A stretch of 64,000 nt of DNA from NCBI GenBank assembly GCA_023213395.1, contig CM041465.1:30139741-30203740 (forward strand), in the 5' to 3' direction. Below the pieces are notes generated by a model, which was not told the origin of the DNA, ran no database searches, and saw nothing but the letters and a program-made list of their open reading frames with translations. Position 1 is the first letter of the stretch. Every line of letters starts with the position of its first letter. The position numbers were made by a program, and so were the translations under genes. Positions 37,411 to 51,600 of this stretch are shown here, one piece after another. This stretch comes from Cycas panzhihuaensis. Lineage: Eukaryota > Plantae > Cycadophyta.

Positions 37411-38269
37411 TAGGGTTCTAGGTCAATTCTTCCAATTAGGTTTTTGCAATGGACAATCCCTTAAATTAATTCCAAGGAACCAATATGTACATATGTAAAT
37501 ACTCAAGTAGAAGAATAAGTGCATTCTTATAACCTGTTGGAGGTAATAACAAGCAAGGAGGCCAAATGTTACCTATTGAAGGGTACATACCAAAATTTTT
37601 CAATGAGCTCATTTGATTTATCATTTTTACTTGGTGATGACCTTCTCACCACAAAGACAATCCAAGTAAAAATAGGAAATAAAAGAGATTCTTTCTAAAA
37701 AATTGGAAATAATCGAATGAGTTTTTATTTTTGAATTAAGACAAATTGCCTCACAATTTTCTGTGAGATTATTCACCAACATCCCATAGTCCCGCGCATA
37801 ATAAATGATAAGCTAAAAAGAAACATTGTCAACCACGAGTCGAGGGGAAAGATGGTGCAACTAGGTAATTCTAATCATTGGATTGAGATAACTAAGAACA
37901 TTATATCCGTCCATTAGTAAGGAGCTTGTAGAGAATGATGTGAATTAACAGACAACTCCTAACCATCAGATTAGAGCAACGGATCCAATACTAACCATTG
38001 AGATAAAACAAAGGGAAGGCCTTTAGAGTCAACACTTAGAAATTGTTGAGATGTCGTCTCGCATCCCGCAAGGAAAGCTCACAATGCAATGCAAGTCTCG
38101 CCTAAGGCGTGGGTGCAAGTCTAAATGAATGATGACTCCATCCTACATCCCATGTCCTGTGATCAGAAGAACGAAGTCCCAAATCTCAACTAAAGCATGC
38201 TAGTGCAGGTGTGGTCCCCACCATGATGAGGCAAATTTTCACTAGTTCAAGGCATATTTGCATTAACTC

Positions 38270-41200
38270 TGCAATGATCCGATCCACGAGTTGCACTCAA
38301 GAACACATTGGGAGTATTTGGGAGCTCAAAAGATCCTTTATTATAAATTTAGAAGCACAAATACATCAATGGAGAGTAAGAAAGCTTAATGATCACCAAA
38401 AACGAAATGTACTCTTGTACAATCTTAGAAGATAATAAGATATCATGAGTGTTTATTTTACAATTGTTTGGCCTTATATAGACAAAAATGGCCGCTAACT
38501 CTAACATCCTATTGGCGGCCTCATGGGCCCTCCAATCCCATTAGTGGAGATACGTACTTGGTGCACACGAATAAACAATTGTCCTTAACCCTCTCTTCCT
38601 TAATCAAGTGGCTATGGTTTAGCCTTGACCTTCTCCAAGCAACCGAATGTTCTTATGCCACTAACCTTGGAATGTTACTTAATAGGTCCCACTCCTTGAG
38701 ATACTTTGTCCCCAAAACGCTGGAGGTATGGATGTTGCTAGATAAATTCTTCTGGCTCCCATATTGCTTCATCAGGGTCACAACTAGCCCACTGCAGCAA
38801 GTACTCAGAAATGGTTCTATTCAGAAGATGGCGTTGGTGAGAAGCTAGAATGCCCACTAGAGGGATCATAAGGATTGTTTCTTCATGGAGGATGGGAAGG
38901 GTTGTTTGAGGGATATCAACTTTTCCGAGATATTTCTTTAAGCATGACACATGAAAAACATTGTGAATTCTGGAGTACGGGGGAAGGTTCAGGGCATAGG
39001 CGACTTCACCAATTCTTTGAAGAACTTTGTAGGGACCGTAATAACAAGGGCTTAGCTTGTGGGATTTCTTATGGCATAGGGATTATTTCTAATAGGGTTG
39101 AAGATGAAGGAAGACCAAATCACCCATAACAAATACTCTCTCAGAGCGGTGGTGGTCAGCCAATTGCTTCATTTGGATTTGATTCATTGCTAGATTTTGC
39201 TTAAGAGTGTGTAAAATTTAATCCATGTTTTGCAATTTTTGTTGTGCTCTGGTTGTTCGAAGATTGGTAGCCAATGTGTGGTCTGGTGACAGGAGATATC
39301 CATAAAGAGCCATAAATGGGGTCATTCCAATGGAAGATTAATGGGAAGAGTTATACCGATATTCTGCTAGTGCCAACCAAGAAGTCCAATGATTTTGATG
39401 GTCTAATACAAAACAACGTAGGTATTTTTCCAATGTTTTATTGAGGGCCTCTAACTGTCCATCAATTTGGGGATGATACGATGAGCTCAGGTTAAAAGAA
39501 GTGCTAGATGCTCGAAAAAGGTCTTGCCAAGATGTGCTCGTGAATTTTGGATCACAGTCAAATATGATGGTAGATGGGAAGCCATGAAGACGAAAGATAA
39601 ATTGGATGTAGAGATCAGCCAGTCGGGGGGCTTTGTATGTTGTATGAATTGGTAGGAAGTGAGCATATTTGGTCAAGCGGTCAATGATGACCCTAATTGA
39701 GTCGTAACTTGCGGATAATGGTAGCCCAATAATAAAATCCATGGCAATGTCTTGCCATTTACCTTGGGGGATTTTCAACAATTAAAGGAGGCCAGGTTGG
39801 GCTTTGGTCTCAATCCTATTCTGTTGGCACGTTTCACATTCTGAGACATACATGAGGATGGTGGACTTCATGTGGGGCCAATAGAAGTCTGAACGAATTC
39901 GGCAGTATGTTTTATCAAACCCTGAGTGACCGCCAAGGGGGCTATTGTGGTATTCAGCTAGGATGCAGGGGATGAATGGTGATCCTTGATGGACAAAAAA
40001 GCAATTTTGATATAGAAGGTGATTATTATGCAGAGTCTAATGTTTATGATTCTAGGCTTTATTGGCCCATGTGGCAAAATCAGCGTGGGATTCGTTATCA
40101 TGGACAAGGTCATCCAGCCAAAAGGTTGGAGAAAGGAGATGGCTTGAATGGTTGGGTCTGTTAGAAGACAAGAAAGAACATCTGCAACAACATTATCTTT
40201 GCCCTTTTTATAAGCGATGGTGAAGTTGAAAACTTGAAGTCTGTCAACCCACTTGGCCTATTCCTCTGACAAAATTGGTTGGTCTAGTAAGCACTAGAGG
40301 TTATGATGGTCAATTAGAATGGTGAACTTGGATTCAATTAGATATTGGTGCCACTTATCCATTGCATGAAGAATAGCTCTCATTTCCTTTTGATATGTTG
40401 AGAGGCGACACTTATGGTCTTTGAACTTCTAGCTTTCAAATGCAATAAGATGGAAATTCTGCATAAAAATAGCTCCTATCCCAACTCTAAAGGCATCACA
40501 TTCTATCTAAAAGGGTTGTGAAAAATCAGGGGTGGTGAGGACTAGCGTAGAGGACATGAGCATTTTCAGGTGGTTGAAAGCATTGATAATGCTAGGTGAC
40601 CATTGGAATGAATCTTTGCATAGCAAGTTTGTTAAGGGGCTACTATAGAGGCATATTTTTTGACAAAACGACGATAAAATCCTATCAATCTAAGGAAAGC
40701 CCGTAATTGTGTGAGGTTTTTCGATGTGGGCCATTATATGATGACAAACATTTTGTCAAAGTCAACTTAGACTCCTTCCATGGAGATGATGTGCCCTAGG
40801 TATTGTAATTTAGTTTTGCCAAATTCACATTTGTACATTTTGGCATACAATTGGTTTTATTCAAGAATCTGTAAGGCAGACTCCAAATGATGGACATGGA
40901 GGGCCATAGTAGTACTATAGATGAGGATATCATCAAAGAAAACAAGGATGAATTTTCAAAGGTAGGGTGCAAAAATTTTATTCATCAGGGCTTGGAAGGT
41001 AGTAGGGGCATTGCATAATCCAAAGGGCATGACTTGGAATTCAAAATGTCCATGTTGGGTTCGAAAAGTCATTTTATGCTTGTCCTCAAGTGCGATAGGA
41101 ATTTGATAATACCCTAATTATATGTCAAGTCTTGAGAAGAACATGGCCCCATGGATTTCGTCCAACATGTCATCAATTCGAGGGGTTGGGAAATTGTTCT

Positions 41201-44200
41201 TAATGGTGAGTTTATTTAGTTCTCGATAATCAATGCAGAGCCAAAAGAAGCCATCGTTTTTTCAAACAAGTACAATCAATGCGATGTAAGGGCTCTTACT
41301 GGGTTGGATGATGCCTATATATCCAGAAGTTCAGTTGTGATACGCTCAATTTCATTTTTTTGAAACTATGAGTTTCGATATGGATAAAGGCTAATGGAGT
41401 TGTGTGGGTGTTTTAGTTCAATGGTGTGGTGGAATCCACGATCGAGGGGAAGGCTTCCTAGTAGAGGATCAAAAACAAACAAGTACTTAATGAGGATTGG
41501 TTGGATATCTAGATGAACCTCTGGTTGTGGTTGAATGTTGTTGATTCTAACAATATACCCAAGATTCCCATTAAATTGCCTACTCATTTGTTTAGGAGAG
41601 ATCAATTTGTTTGGCAGGGACCGGAGACTATACAATTTGTGAGTTTGTCCAAATTGGTCTTTAAACATCATAAAGGGATTGTTTGGAGAGTTGTTGGTAC
41701 TATAAGTGCCTAAGGTCTAGAGCCATTGGATGCCAAGGATCGTGTCTAACCCTCCAAAAGATAAAGCATAAAAGTCAAATCGGAGGTGATAAGTGCCAAT
41801 TTGAACTTGAAGATTACGAATAACCCTAGCACAGTGGAGACTATAATGGCCAGGTACAAAGCAATTGAATCCTATTTTTGATTCAATATATAGGTTCAAC
41901 TGCTTGGCAACTGCAATATCAAGGAAGTTTAGTGACATGCCACCATCGATCAAGATTGTAATGGGGGTCTTCCTTAAGTCCCTCTTACACATAATGGGTC
42001 AAGACAGGTAGAAGAGGAAACAGCGAATAGGGAAGGTTCAGGGGCAAGTTTAGGTTCTAGTGGGAGAGGGGATTCCAGGAGGGGCTCTTCTCCAATCTCA
42101 TCTTTTGAATCAGAGTCAAGGTCGATGGTAAATATTACTTTTCTAGCTTTGCAAAATCTACCATGCCCGTTGAACCATTTTTCTGCGCACTGAGTGCAAA
42201 GGCCAGCTGCCCAGCGCCTGTGTGCCTCCGAAGTGGGAACCCTTGCTGATGAGGTTTTTATTGGGGGACGTTTTGTTGGTCATTCTGTTGATTGTCCTGT
42301 GTAGTCGTCTGCTCGGAAACTTGGGGGCCTGTAAGGATCTGATTACCTTGGGCACTTGGACCATGTTGATTCTCTTCTAAAGTCGGCTTTTCGTTTTGCT
42401 GCAAATTCTACTTCACCGCCTTAACTGCACTAATAGCGTCCCTAACGTTGGGGGGAGAGACAATCTTGAGTCACATTTGTATCTGGTCTTTAGTCCAACT
42501 ACATAGGTTTCAATGAGTGTCTACTTATCAAAATGCTAAGCTACTCAACTGTGAATGGCTTGAAATTCATCTGTATATGCTTCAACTGAGGTAGATTGTC
42601 CTAGTCGAGTCCACTGACTAAAAAATGATTGATTCCAAATTTCTTCGTACTATTCAAAAGAGCATTTGTAGAAGACATCCCATGTTTGGTTTGCGTGATA
42701 TTCCCAAGCCCACCAATTATACCAATGGTGTGCTTTGCCTTCCAAGTGAATGGAAGCAAATGTCAATTAATCTACCTGGGACATCGGGTTAAGCATGAAG
42801 TAAGAGTCCAACTTGCTAATCCAGACGCGAGCAACATCTTTGTTGAGGTCTGGATCAAAGATGGGTATATTGATTTTGTGATTGAAAGTTGGTTGACAAA
42901 CAAACTGAGGGGGTGGGGCTCCACCCTAAGAAGTTCCGCCTTGGGAGGTGTTAGACGTAGCTGTCGATGAGAGATGAGGGAGTTGTGTACTGAAGGCTTG
43001 AAATTGTTGTGCCATATTGGTGATTTGCCCTGATAAGTCTGTGAAATTCTTGTTCAGCTCCGCTCTGAGTGAAGTGACATCAATTTCCAATGCAAAAATA
43101 TGCTCGCCTTAGGTGGATGGTGCCATCATGTAAATCAACAAGAAAGGGTTATGACAAAGTGGGATGTAGCAAGAAGAAGGGGATAGTAGAAGCGGGAGAG
43201 GCTAGATAGAATAGGAGTTTTTAAAGAAGTAGAGATGTATGAGAAAAGGGACAAGAGAGGGGGGAAACAAGGCATTAGGGTGTCAATAGAGTGTTGGCCC
43301 CAAATTTTAAGCAAATAAAGTCACCTGGTGCACTAAGATGAGTGCGAAAAGCTCATCAAAATGAGGGAGGTGGGATGTAATTTTCTCCAAAATTTGATGG
43401 TTAAAACTGACCAAGTGAATCTTTGTTAGCACAACATGCTGATTAAAATGGGATAGGTGAATTTTAATGTCAGCTTTGAAGCCGTGGACATTTTACTTTT
43501 TGCAACGATTACAACAATTCAGGTTATTTCAGATTCTGACTAGGTATTGAAAAAGTTATCGCCTTCTTTTTGCATGAATAGCAACAAATCAACAGAATCG
43601 ATAGACTCAATTTCATTGTGCAGCAGGAACATTCAAATGAGATTTACCAGACTCTAACTCAGGGATTGCTTGGCTCTGTAGGCCTTGCGATAAACTTCTC
43701 AGTTTGTTCTATAACTTGACCCAATATCTCAAGGCACTACCTACAAAGGAAAGACCATCTCTGTAAGGTCTACAATCATGCAGAGGTGTTCGCGCAAAGT
43801 GACTTACGGGCGCTAACCGCTAACCTATGCACCACAAAGGACAAAGGGTTAAAGGGTTACCTATTCTGAGCAAGGAAGGGGAAACCTAGAAGGGTCCTCC
43901 TATATAACCGAGGGCACATGGAAGCTCAATTCTGTATACAAGTTGTGTCTAATGCTTGGTTCAACGAAGTTAACCGAAGTCCTTCATGCAAGGGCAGAAA
44001 AGCCATAGTTTGCTTAGCTGAAAACAAAAAATCCTCCGCGATCTTTAGAAACCCCCAGAACAGGGTCTCTACCCATGGCGGATAGCTGCCACGTAGAGTT
44101 ATCTACCGAAAACTAAGGGAGGAGCAAGAGGGAAAGGAAAGGGTAGTTGCCAAGTAGCATTGTCTACCCTTTAACAAAACTAAAATGACAGAAATGAAAA

Positions 44201-44716
44201 CAGAAAGGGAAGGGTTACAAGAGTCACTGAGGGAAAAAAGTTTTCCCTTCTTCTTCGCTTCTGATTGCTCCGCAGGGTTCTCAAGCCTCGCTCTGATACC
44301 ACTTGCGACGATCTGATCCACAAGTTGCACTCAAGAACACCTTGGGAGTATTTGAGAGTTCAAAAGATCCTTTATTATAAATTCAGAAGCACAAATACAT
44401 CAATGGAGAGCAAGAAAGCTTAATGATCACCAAAAAGGAAATGTACTCCCGTACAATCTCAGAAGATAATAAGATAGCATGAGTGTTCCTTTTATAATTG
44501 TGTGGCCTTATATAGGCAAAAATGGCCGCTAACTCTAACATCCTATTGGCGGCCCCATGGACCCTCCAATCCCCTTGGTGGAGATATGTAGTTGGTGCAC
44601 ATGAATTAACAATTGTCCTTAACCTTCTTTTCCTTAATCAAGCAGTTGTGCTTTAGCCTTGACCTTCTCCATGCGATCGAATGCTCGTGCCGCTAACCTT
44701 GGAATGTTACTTAAAA
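38270..44716 (-). mobile_element. Ty3/Gypsy chromovirus (Reina-like) nested in the Tat 3' LTR. LTRs 38270-38684 and 44304-44716
   Basis: TSD AACTC/AATTC; the empty site aattc is seen in the 5' LTR at ~20213. Met PBS reverse complement 44290-44301. Confidence 0.92.
38690..43130 (-). pseudogene. Gypsy gag-PR-RT-RH-INT-chromodomain polyprotein, decayed
   Basis: ILIDGG protease, RT remnants, WQDIAMDFIIGLP and SSSYHPQIDGQ integrase, chromodomain EYLLQWASCDPDEAIWEP. Confidence 0.9.
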
Positions 44717-47483
44717 AATTCCCCCACTTAACTTGTTGATTATCCCACTAATCCTACATCCATTACTTTCAGCAAAAGAATTTAATTCACCCATCTCCCT
44801 TCCTTTTTGCTCTATTGAATACGTCAACCATTTCACCCCTCCAACTCGTTCATTGATCGTCTCATTATTACACCTAGTGGACCCTAAAAATTCTTGGAGT
44901 TTCCATAAGTGACAAATCTCTATTAATACACAAGCAACGACAAGAAGACTATCTCACAAGTAAATGTTTTAACTTTATGCACTACTCCTTGTGTTTTAAT
45001 CTTGCCTATTTAGTGTTGCTTGCTCCCTATGCTTTCCCTTCTTTCTTGTTAGCCCAAATAGGTATTTAGGATGGAAGACTAAAGACCTTTCAACTCAAAT
45101 GGTCATGGATGCCCAGAACAACATGGAGTCGAACTCCTCTAATAGATATAGTCAAGATACCTCAATCACAAAAAGACTAAGAAGATGTGGCCTACTTCAA
45201 ATGGGCTATGCAGTTGAAACAATGTCTATTCTCTATATTATCAAGGTGCATGATGCTTGGCTTAACAAAGATCCTAAGGGAATCCATGGCAAGGAAAACA
45301 AATCCTTTTACAATCTTGCCCCACCAAACTCTCAAAGGATTTTGGCGCTGCCAAAATCCACTAAGACATCGTCTCCTAGTGGAACTCTCTACGTTTCAAA
45401 GAAAGGTAACTCTCTAAATAAGAGAATTGCTCAATGTCATGCATCTCTCTCTAAGGGTAAAAGGAAACTACAAAATAAAGAAAGTGAAGAAAAAAGAGAT
45501 AAAAGTCCATCATTAGAGAGTAAAAGAAAAGTGGGACAAAAATTAAATGATACAAGTTTCACACCTACATACTAGGGAGGTCTATTGAGCACTAACGACG
45601 AGGGAGCAAATGAAAAGGAAGGTAGAACGAGAAGTCCAAGCTAGGATAGAACTCTAACTACTTTGGATGATCACGACAAAGAAACAATTGAATCGTCATT
45701 GTTGTCCCATTCTTGAAAACTAAAGAATACATAATGAAATAAAAAAATCAATCACAAGCAATGGCTCACCATCGGTAATTCTTCCATTTTTCTAGATAGT
45801 CCAAAAGCCTGTCCTTGGCAATTTCAATAAGCTAAACTAAGACAACTAATGAAGTATCAAGACCTACTTTTAAGAAAGAATGCATCCACCAGCCTATTGA
45901 AGAGCACACTAACTTAGAAGAAATATTGGATATGTTTCAAATCACGTCCAAAGAAAATTCAAGCTCATTTCAATCAATTGGAGGCTTATACATCAAGGAT
46001 CAAGTTTTGGTCACTACAAGATTCCAAAGAATAAAACAAGTGGCAACAACAACTAGAGACAACAATTGAACATTTGAGTCGTTATACAGTGCTACATGAT
46101 TATTCATCATCAATGAAGTGAAGAGAGGCAAAGAAGGTTGTTGGGAGTAGGTTTCTTTTAAGATTCTAACTCTTCATCTTCTATTTTTTCTCGTTATTTA
46201 TTCCTTATCTTTCTCAAAAAATAGAAAAGGAGAAAGGAGGGATGAGAGAGAGTATTTTAGAACAAAGGGAGATTGGGATTTTGCAAGCCATTTGACTTGT
46301 AAGCTTTGTGTGTTTTAGTGGCTTGGTATGTTTTCAGCTCTAAAAAGTCAAAGCTTGTAAATTTCATATATAAAGTTTGCAAGTATAAGAGAGGGAATGT
46401 TAGGTATATCCATGCCTCTCCCTTTTGCACATTTCATGCTATCATGAATAAGAAAAATCCATTTGACTAGGTCTTTTTGTTATCTGGATGGATGTTCATG
46501 ATTATGTAATGGTTATTTAGTTTTCTCTCTTTTCCTCCCATGTTCTGATCTGCTCTCTACATTTACCTTGTTTCATTCAACCTTTGACTTTTTTGCTCAT
46601 GTGTGATGTTTGTATTCATCAGAATTTATTTTGCCTTATTATATAGAAAGAACATTACGCTGACCAGTCTATTTTGCCTTATTAATCTTTTGCTGGAATG
46701 GCACAAAAAAATGGGATAACAAGTGGCTGTGACAAATTGTATTTTTTGTGTTGATGCTAAAACTAAACTCTTCAAGTGCTTCTCTTACTTCATATTCATT
46801 CCTTCTTTCCAGTCTTCCACCGGCAAAATCCAATAGATCTTATTGTTGCCATAGTGAGGGTGATCTAACTTGGACTTAAGAAAGAATCAAATGTGATGTG
46901 GTAGTTGACCCACACCAGCTTGTCAAGCATTGCCAACTCTCCCAAACCATGGGTAACATGGAGGGATAAAACATCCCTAGTGTTGAGTTCTAGAATTAGT
47001 AGGGTGTAATATGTCATGAGTGAGCTCTTTGGGTATGAACCATTACTTCATTCCCAGTCTCATGTTTGATGTAGTGTTCTGTGTATGCTTTTTCAATGTT
47101 GGGCCCCACACATGCATTAAGGTAAACGGCACCTGTCAATTTGGACACCTATTTGTAGAAGGCTCGATAACCTCCAAGTGTTGTTACTCTCCAAGATGAG
47201 GATCTTCATGTTGCCACAACATTTTCTTGCCCATTTTAGGCTTTGAGAACCTACTTTCTATTCTAGAAAAGGTCCCCTAATTGATATCCCTCCAAAGTCA
47301 TACAGGTGGATGCATTGACCTTTTCTACCTCTACTCAACTCTACATTTCCTTGACAAGGTTTAATAGTATACAAAGATTTTGTACACTCCCTTTATTTCC
47401 CTTGATAAGGATTCAAAACTAGTTCACATGGCTGAATATATTTGTTGTCAAACCAAACCCTTTAAGAGAATTATGAGTAGAGT

Positions 47484-48274
47484 TGTAAACAGAAATCTGT
47501 AATAATCCATAAACGATCAAACTGAGCACAAGAGTCATTTACATTAACTAAAACAATGGACAAAAGTATAATTGAGAGAAAGCTCGATCAATGAATATCC
47601 GAAAGGTATACTCTCAATGCATGAGAATCTTTCATTTTGAAGATAAGACTAAGCACGTGAAATATTTGAAATGTAGAGTATGATCTCTACAAGAAAAGAT
47701 AGTGATTGGAATGAAACCCAATGTGGTTCTTATACTTTAGTTCTCCTCAAACTAATCCAAGTGACACATGTAATAAATATCAAATTAGCATAAAAAGACC
47801 AACCCTACCTCACCTGCAACAGTAACCCTAACTAGACTTGCAACTAACCAATGATCACACTCATTCAAACCCCTATTTAGACCCTCGCAAATGCAAATCC
47901 ATTAAAAGTCTTAGCACATTGAATTATTACTATTGCATATACTTTGCCAATGATACAAAGTTAAGTGCAAGATTTAGATTTAAAACATGCCCCCTCAACA
48001 AGACTTTTCCCACGAAAGGTATGGAGGGACCCTAGAACCTGTTGTCTTAGTGGATCTATCCTCCTGGACTTTCTCCTCAAATGTCATTGATGACAATTCT
48101 TTGCCTCCAACATACCAAATGAGTTACAATGCTGCTAGTGCTAAAAATATCCAAGAGTTGAGTCACTAGGGTCCTTTCTAGTTGACATATTCAATGTTTT
48201 ATAGCTTTTTTTGTCAAAACCTTGAATTCCCAGTTGATTATGGTACATTTACAAAAATCTACATTGCCCGCCCC
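47484..48274 (-). mobile_element. Probable 3' LTR (~47484-47987) and 3' end of another LTR element
   Basis: aaca followed by tgccccctcaa is a reverse PPT/LTR junction at 47987. The left boundary is tentative. Confidence 0.4.
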
Positions 48275-48656
48275 TATTAGAACAATTTTGAATAGATGAA
48301 GAAAGTACCTGCATTCATTAATAAGAGAGAAATCCTCTCATATAAATGCATCATGTGCACATATGAGAGCCTATGCATGTAGGCCAAAGCGTCACAAGGA
48401 CATTAAAGAGGGGTTGGACACATAACCCTCAAGTTAACTTTAGAACACATAGATATAAAAGATAAAACATTATTACTCTAACACCGTCTCTTAATGTTTT
48501 ATCTTTTATCTTTAACACCAAGCAGATGCCTAAAGTATTGGAATTTGTCTTTTGGCAATGACTCTGTAAGAATGTCAGCAAGTTGTTTTTCGCCGATACA
48601 ATATAATAAATCTATCTCTTTTGCTTGTACTTTTTCTCTAATAAAGCGATGATGGA

Positions 48657-51600
48657 TCACATGCTAAAATTGACTCAATGGTCAGATTGACCAAAGGAAT
48701 GCAAGTACGGACCGCATGCAGGTACGCACAAGGTGAAACAAAGAAGAAATCAGCATTCGGTACGTATGACAAAAGCGCACTGAACGGGTACGCATGATGT
48801 GCACGCATCAAAGAGCGGAATGGAACCGAACGGAAGCGGTACAAATGACAGTACGGGACCAGTGGAGGCCTCGAAGTCGCCAGACGCACGCATTTTATCG
48901 GACGACGGACCTAAAGAAACATTAGTTAAAGTGTATAACTAATGATTAAGTGAAAGGGTACCTTGGTAACAAAAAGGTATGGTTATGACTTTGGGTCATA
49001 ACCTTTCATCCAAAAGGCATCAAAGGGACATATTTAATGGTGCTTTGAGGACCATTCCAGTGTGAGAGCCGAGTGATTCAATTCTATGGCATACTCTCAA
49101 GGGTGAGAGCCGAGTTATTCATTCCTATGTCATATGCTCGAGGGTGAGAGCCGGATATCACGGGTACGCAAAAGTGCAGGAGAGAGTACGCATGATGACC
49201 GATTGGAGCATGGATATGTGATAAGTACCATCCGCACGCATATGTACAAAAGGATCAGATCTTTGGAATGCTCGTGAATGCATTCTAGCCCTTGTGTAAT
49301 TGAACTGTTGAATTAATAAAAGAAAGAGTTACGTGGAAATTGGTGTATTCTTGGTGTGTGATGATGATTTGTCAAGTATGTATTGATTGCATCACTGCGG
49401 TACCATTCTGTGAATTTTATATGGAATGTATGTGGAATGTATATGAATAACCATGTTGACAGTGTCCTAAAACTAGACCATAGCGTTGTGTAACCTTGAC
49501 AAGTGAGCAAGGGGTGTCTTGTAAGTGTAATAAGACCCCCTACCAGTCAACATTGGTTCCATTGCCTACGTCCGTTGAGGAGGGACAGGGCCTAGGGGTC
49601 TCAAAGGAAAAAGAATGTGTAAAGGGCAGAGGACCCTGGCTGCCAGCATGATGGCGGGCTGTAACTAAGCCACCGGCAGCCAGGGGACCTTCCAATGCCA
49701 CCTAAAAGGCCTTCAAGGTCGGAAGAGCCCTAGAAGGATACTTCACCTAAGGAAAAGGAGACTAGTAGACAAAGGGCACTGAGATGGTCAAAAGAAGCAA
49801 AACTCAGAAGGGCGAGGAGGTTAAGTTCGCAAAACAACGAGTCTAAGGGAGGTCGTTGAAGGATCCGAGGCAAGTGGAGCCAGACACCTCGTGAAGAGGA
49901 AATCAATGGCGAACGCATGGTATTGACACCACCCCAATCGAGATGATTTGTTTAGCCCGAGATTGAAGGAAGCCATCGGTGAATGAAAACATAAAGAGAT
50001 CCTAACAGAGGGAAGTATACGGTGGAGGACAGCCAAGGACCTAGGGGACAGCGATAAGAAGGCGGAGGAAGGTCCCCAAGATATTGGGAAAATAAGCTAA
50101 CGAGACAAATTGCTTGAAGATTCGACGAAAGGGGATCGATCAATCTTACATTACGGTAACACCATTAACGATACAAGTTCCGGGTGTAGTGGAGCCAATA
50201 CACATAAAAACTCCATTCAAGAATCCGTTGTTTGGAAAAGATAGTGCGGTAGTTACTCCCAAAGGCATCCCCAAAGGACGAAGGAGGGAAAGATCACCAT
50301 CAGGTGGGGGAAAGTTGCAATCTCCCAAAATGGACGATTACAGAGACTTTGGGAAACTAACCTTCAATGATACTTGACGCAGCAGAGCATGTGTATTTGT
50401 TTCAAAACCTTATTGATGTCAAAAAGATTACGGATGAAGATGAAATCAAAGCACGCTTCGCTTGTACACTGAGAGGAGTACCCTTGGCTTAGTACAAGGA
50501 AATAAACAAAATGAGCCATGGGGAAGATTAAGAAAGCGTTTGAGGAGAGATTTCAAAAGTTTCGAGTAATGAAGTCGTGGAAATCGCATTGCAGAAATCG
50601 TGCAGAGGTCGGGAATGGCCCTAACTTACATTAGCCGAATGAAGATTATTGCAAAAGAAGTATGATCAACGAGACGATCACGGATCATAACATGAAGAAT
50701 TACTTCGTGAGAGGGCTGAATGAGAAGTTGCGAGCTATGATGCATGCTCATCCGCTAAAATCATTCAAGAATGCCCAGGATTTGGCATTAGATTTCGAGA
50801 TGGAAATGGATGCCCAAGCAGGAGGACAAGATTCCTTGCTGTTAAGATTGCAAGATGAGGTTAGAGAGCTGAAACAAAATCAGTACAATCGACCCTTCTG
50901 CCAGGTAGGGGTAGCAGAAGAGGAGTCAGAATTGGAGACACTGAGGAAAGAGGTAGCCCGATTGAAAATCAGAAATAATCGGGAAGAAGAAGAGACACCC
51001 AAGAAGAAAGAGCACACTGGAAGGGTAACCAAGTGGTGCCACATTTGTGAAGAAAACTCACATACCACCCGGGAATGTGAGTTGAATTTAAAAAACAGTG
51101 CGACGCACCAACAGGAGAAGTGGTGCCACATATGTGAGGTTGACACACACACAACCAAGGATTGTTTCTACAATTGTGGGGAAAGCATTCAGAGGTCGAG
51201 GTGGGAAGAGGTAACCCACCCTAATGTGTACACAACGAGGCGCACTGTAACCCTCGAGGAAAAATGTACCGATGGGGAGATGCCTCATCTGCCTCACAGC
51301 CTGTAATCGAAGTCCGAATGCCCAATGAAGCAAGAATACGAACAGAAGCCGTTCGTATGCAGTAATTGTGGCCCAAGCGACCACAAAACAGAGGATTGCA
51401 AAGGCAAAGCCAAAGCGACTAACCTAATGACAATCGTGCCAGAAACTAAGAATGTGAAATTACAGAACAAACAGAAAGAGAAATTGGATGAAGAATATCC
51501 AAACCCCCCAACAGAAATGGATCGGTACAAACAAGCGAAACAAGTGTTAGATGATTTAGTCCGGGAAGAGAATATACTACCAATGGGTAAACCGGAAACA

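Larger units (their letters stand above)
19504..46721 (+). mobile_element. Old Tat-like Ty3/Gypsy element with ~2.7-kb LTRs, internally deleted and multiply nested
   Basis: 5' LTR 19504-28106 (split by Copia 3) is homologous to 3' LTR 37567-46721 (split by the chromovirus). TSD GGTGG/AGTGG. PBS tggcgagcatactgggga 28111-28128 (Arg-type-like). Contains gag, PR, additional RNase H and the start of RT. Confidence 0.85.

Noticed and set aside
49061-49160. Three spaced gtgagagccg repeats as a CRISPR-like array
   Set aside because: These are ordinary LTR-internal tandem repeats, also present in the 3' LTR. The context is eukaryotic with no cas genes.
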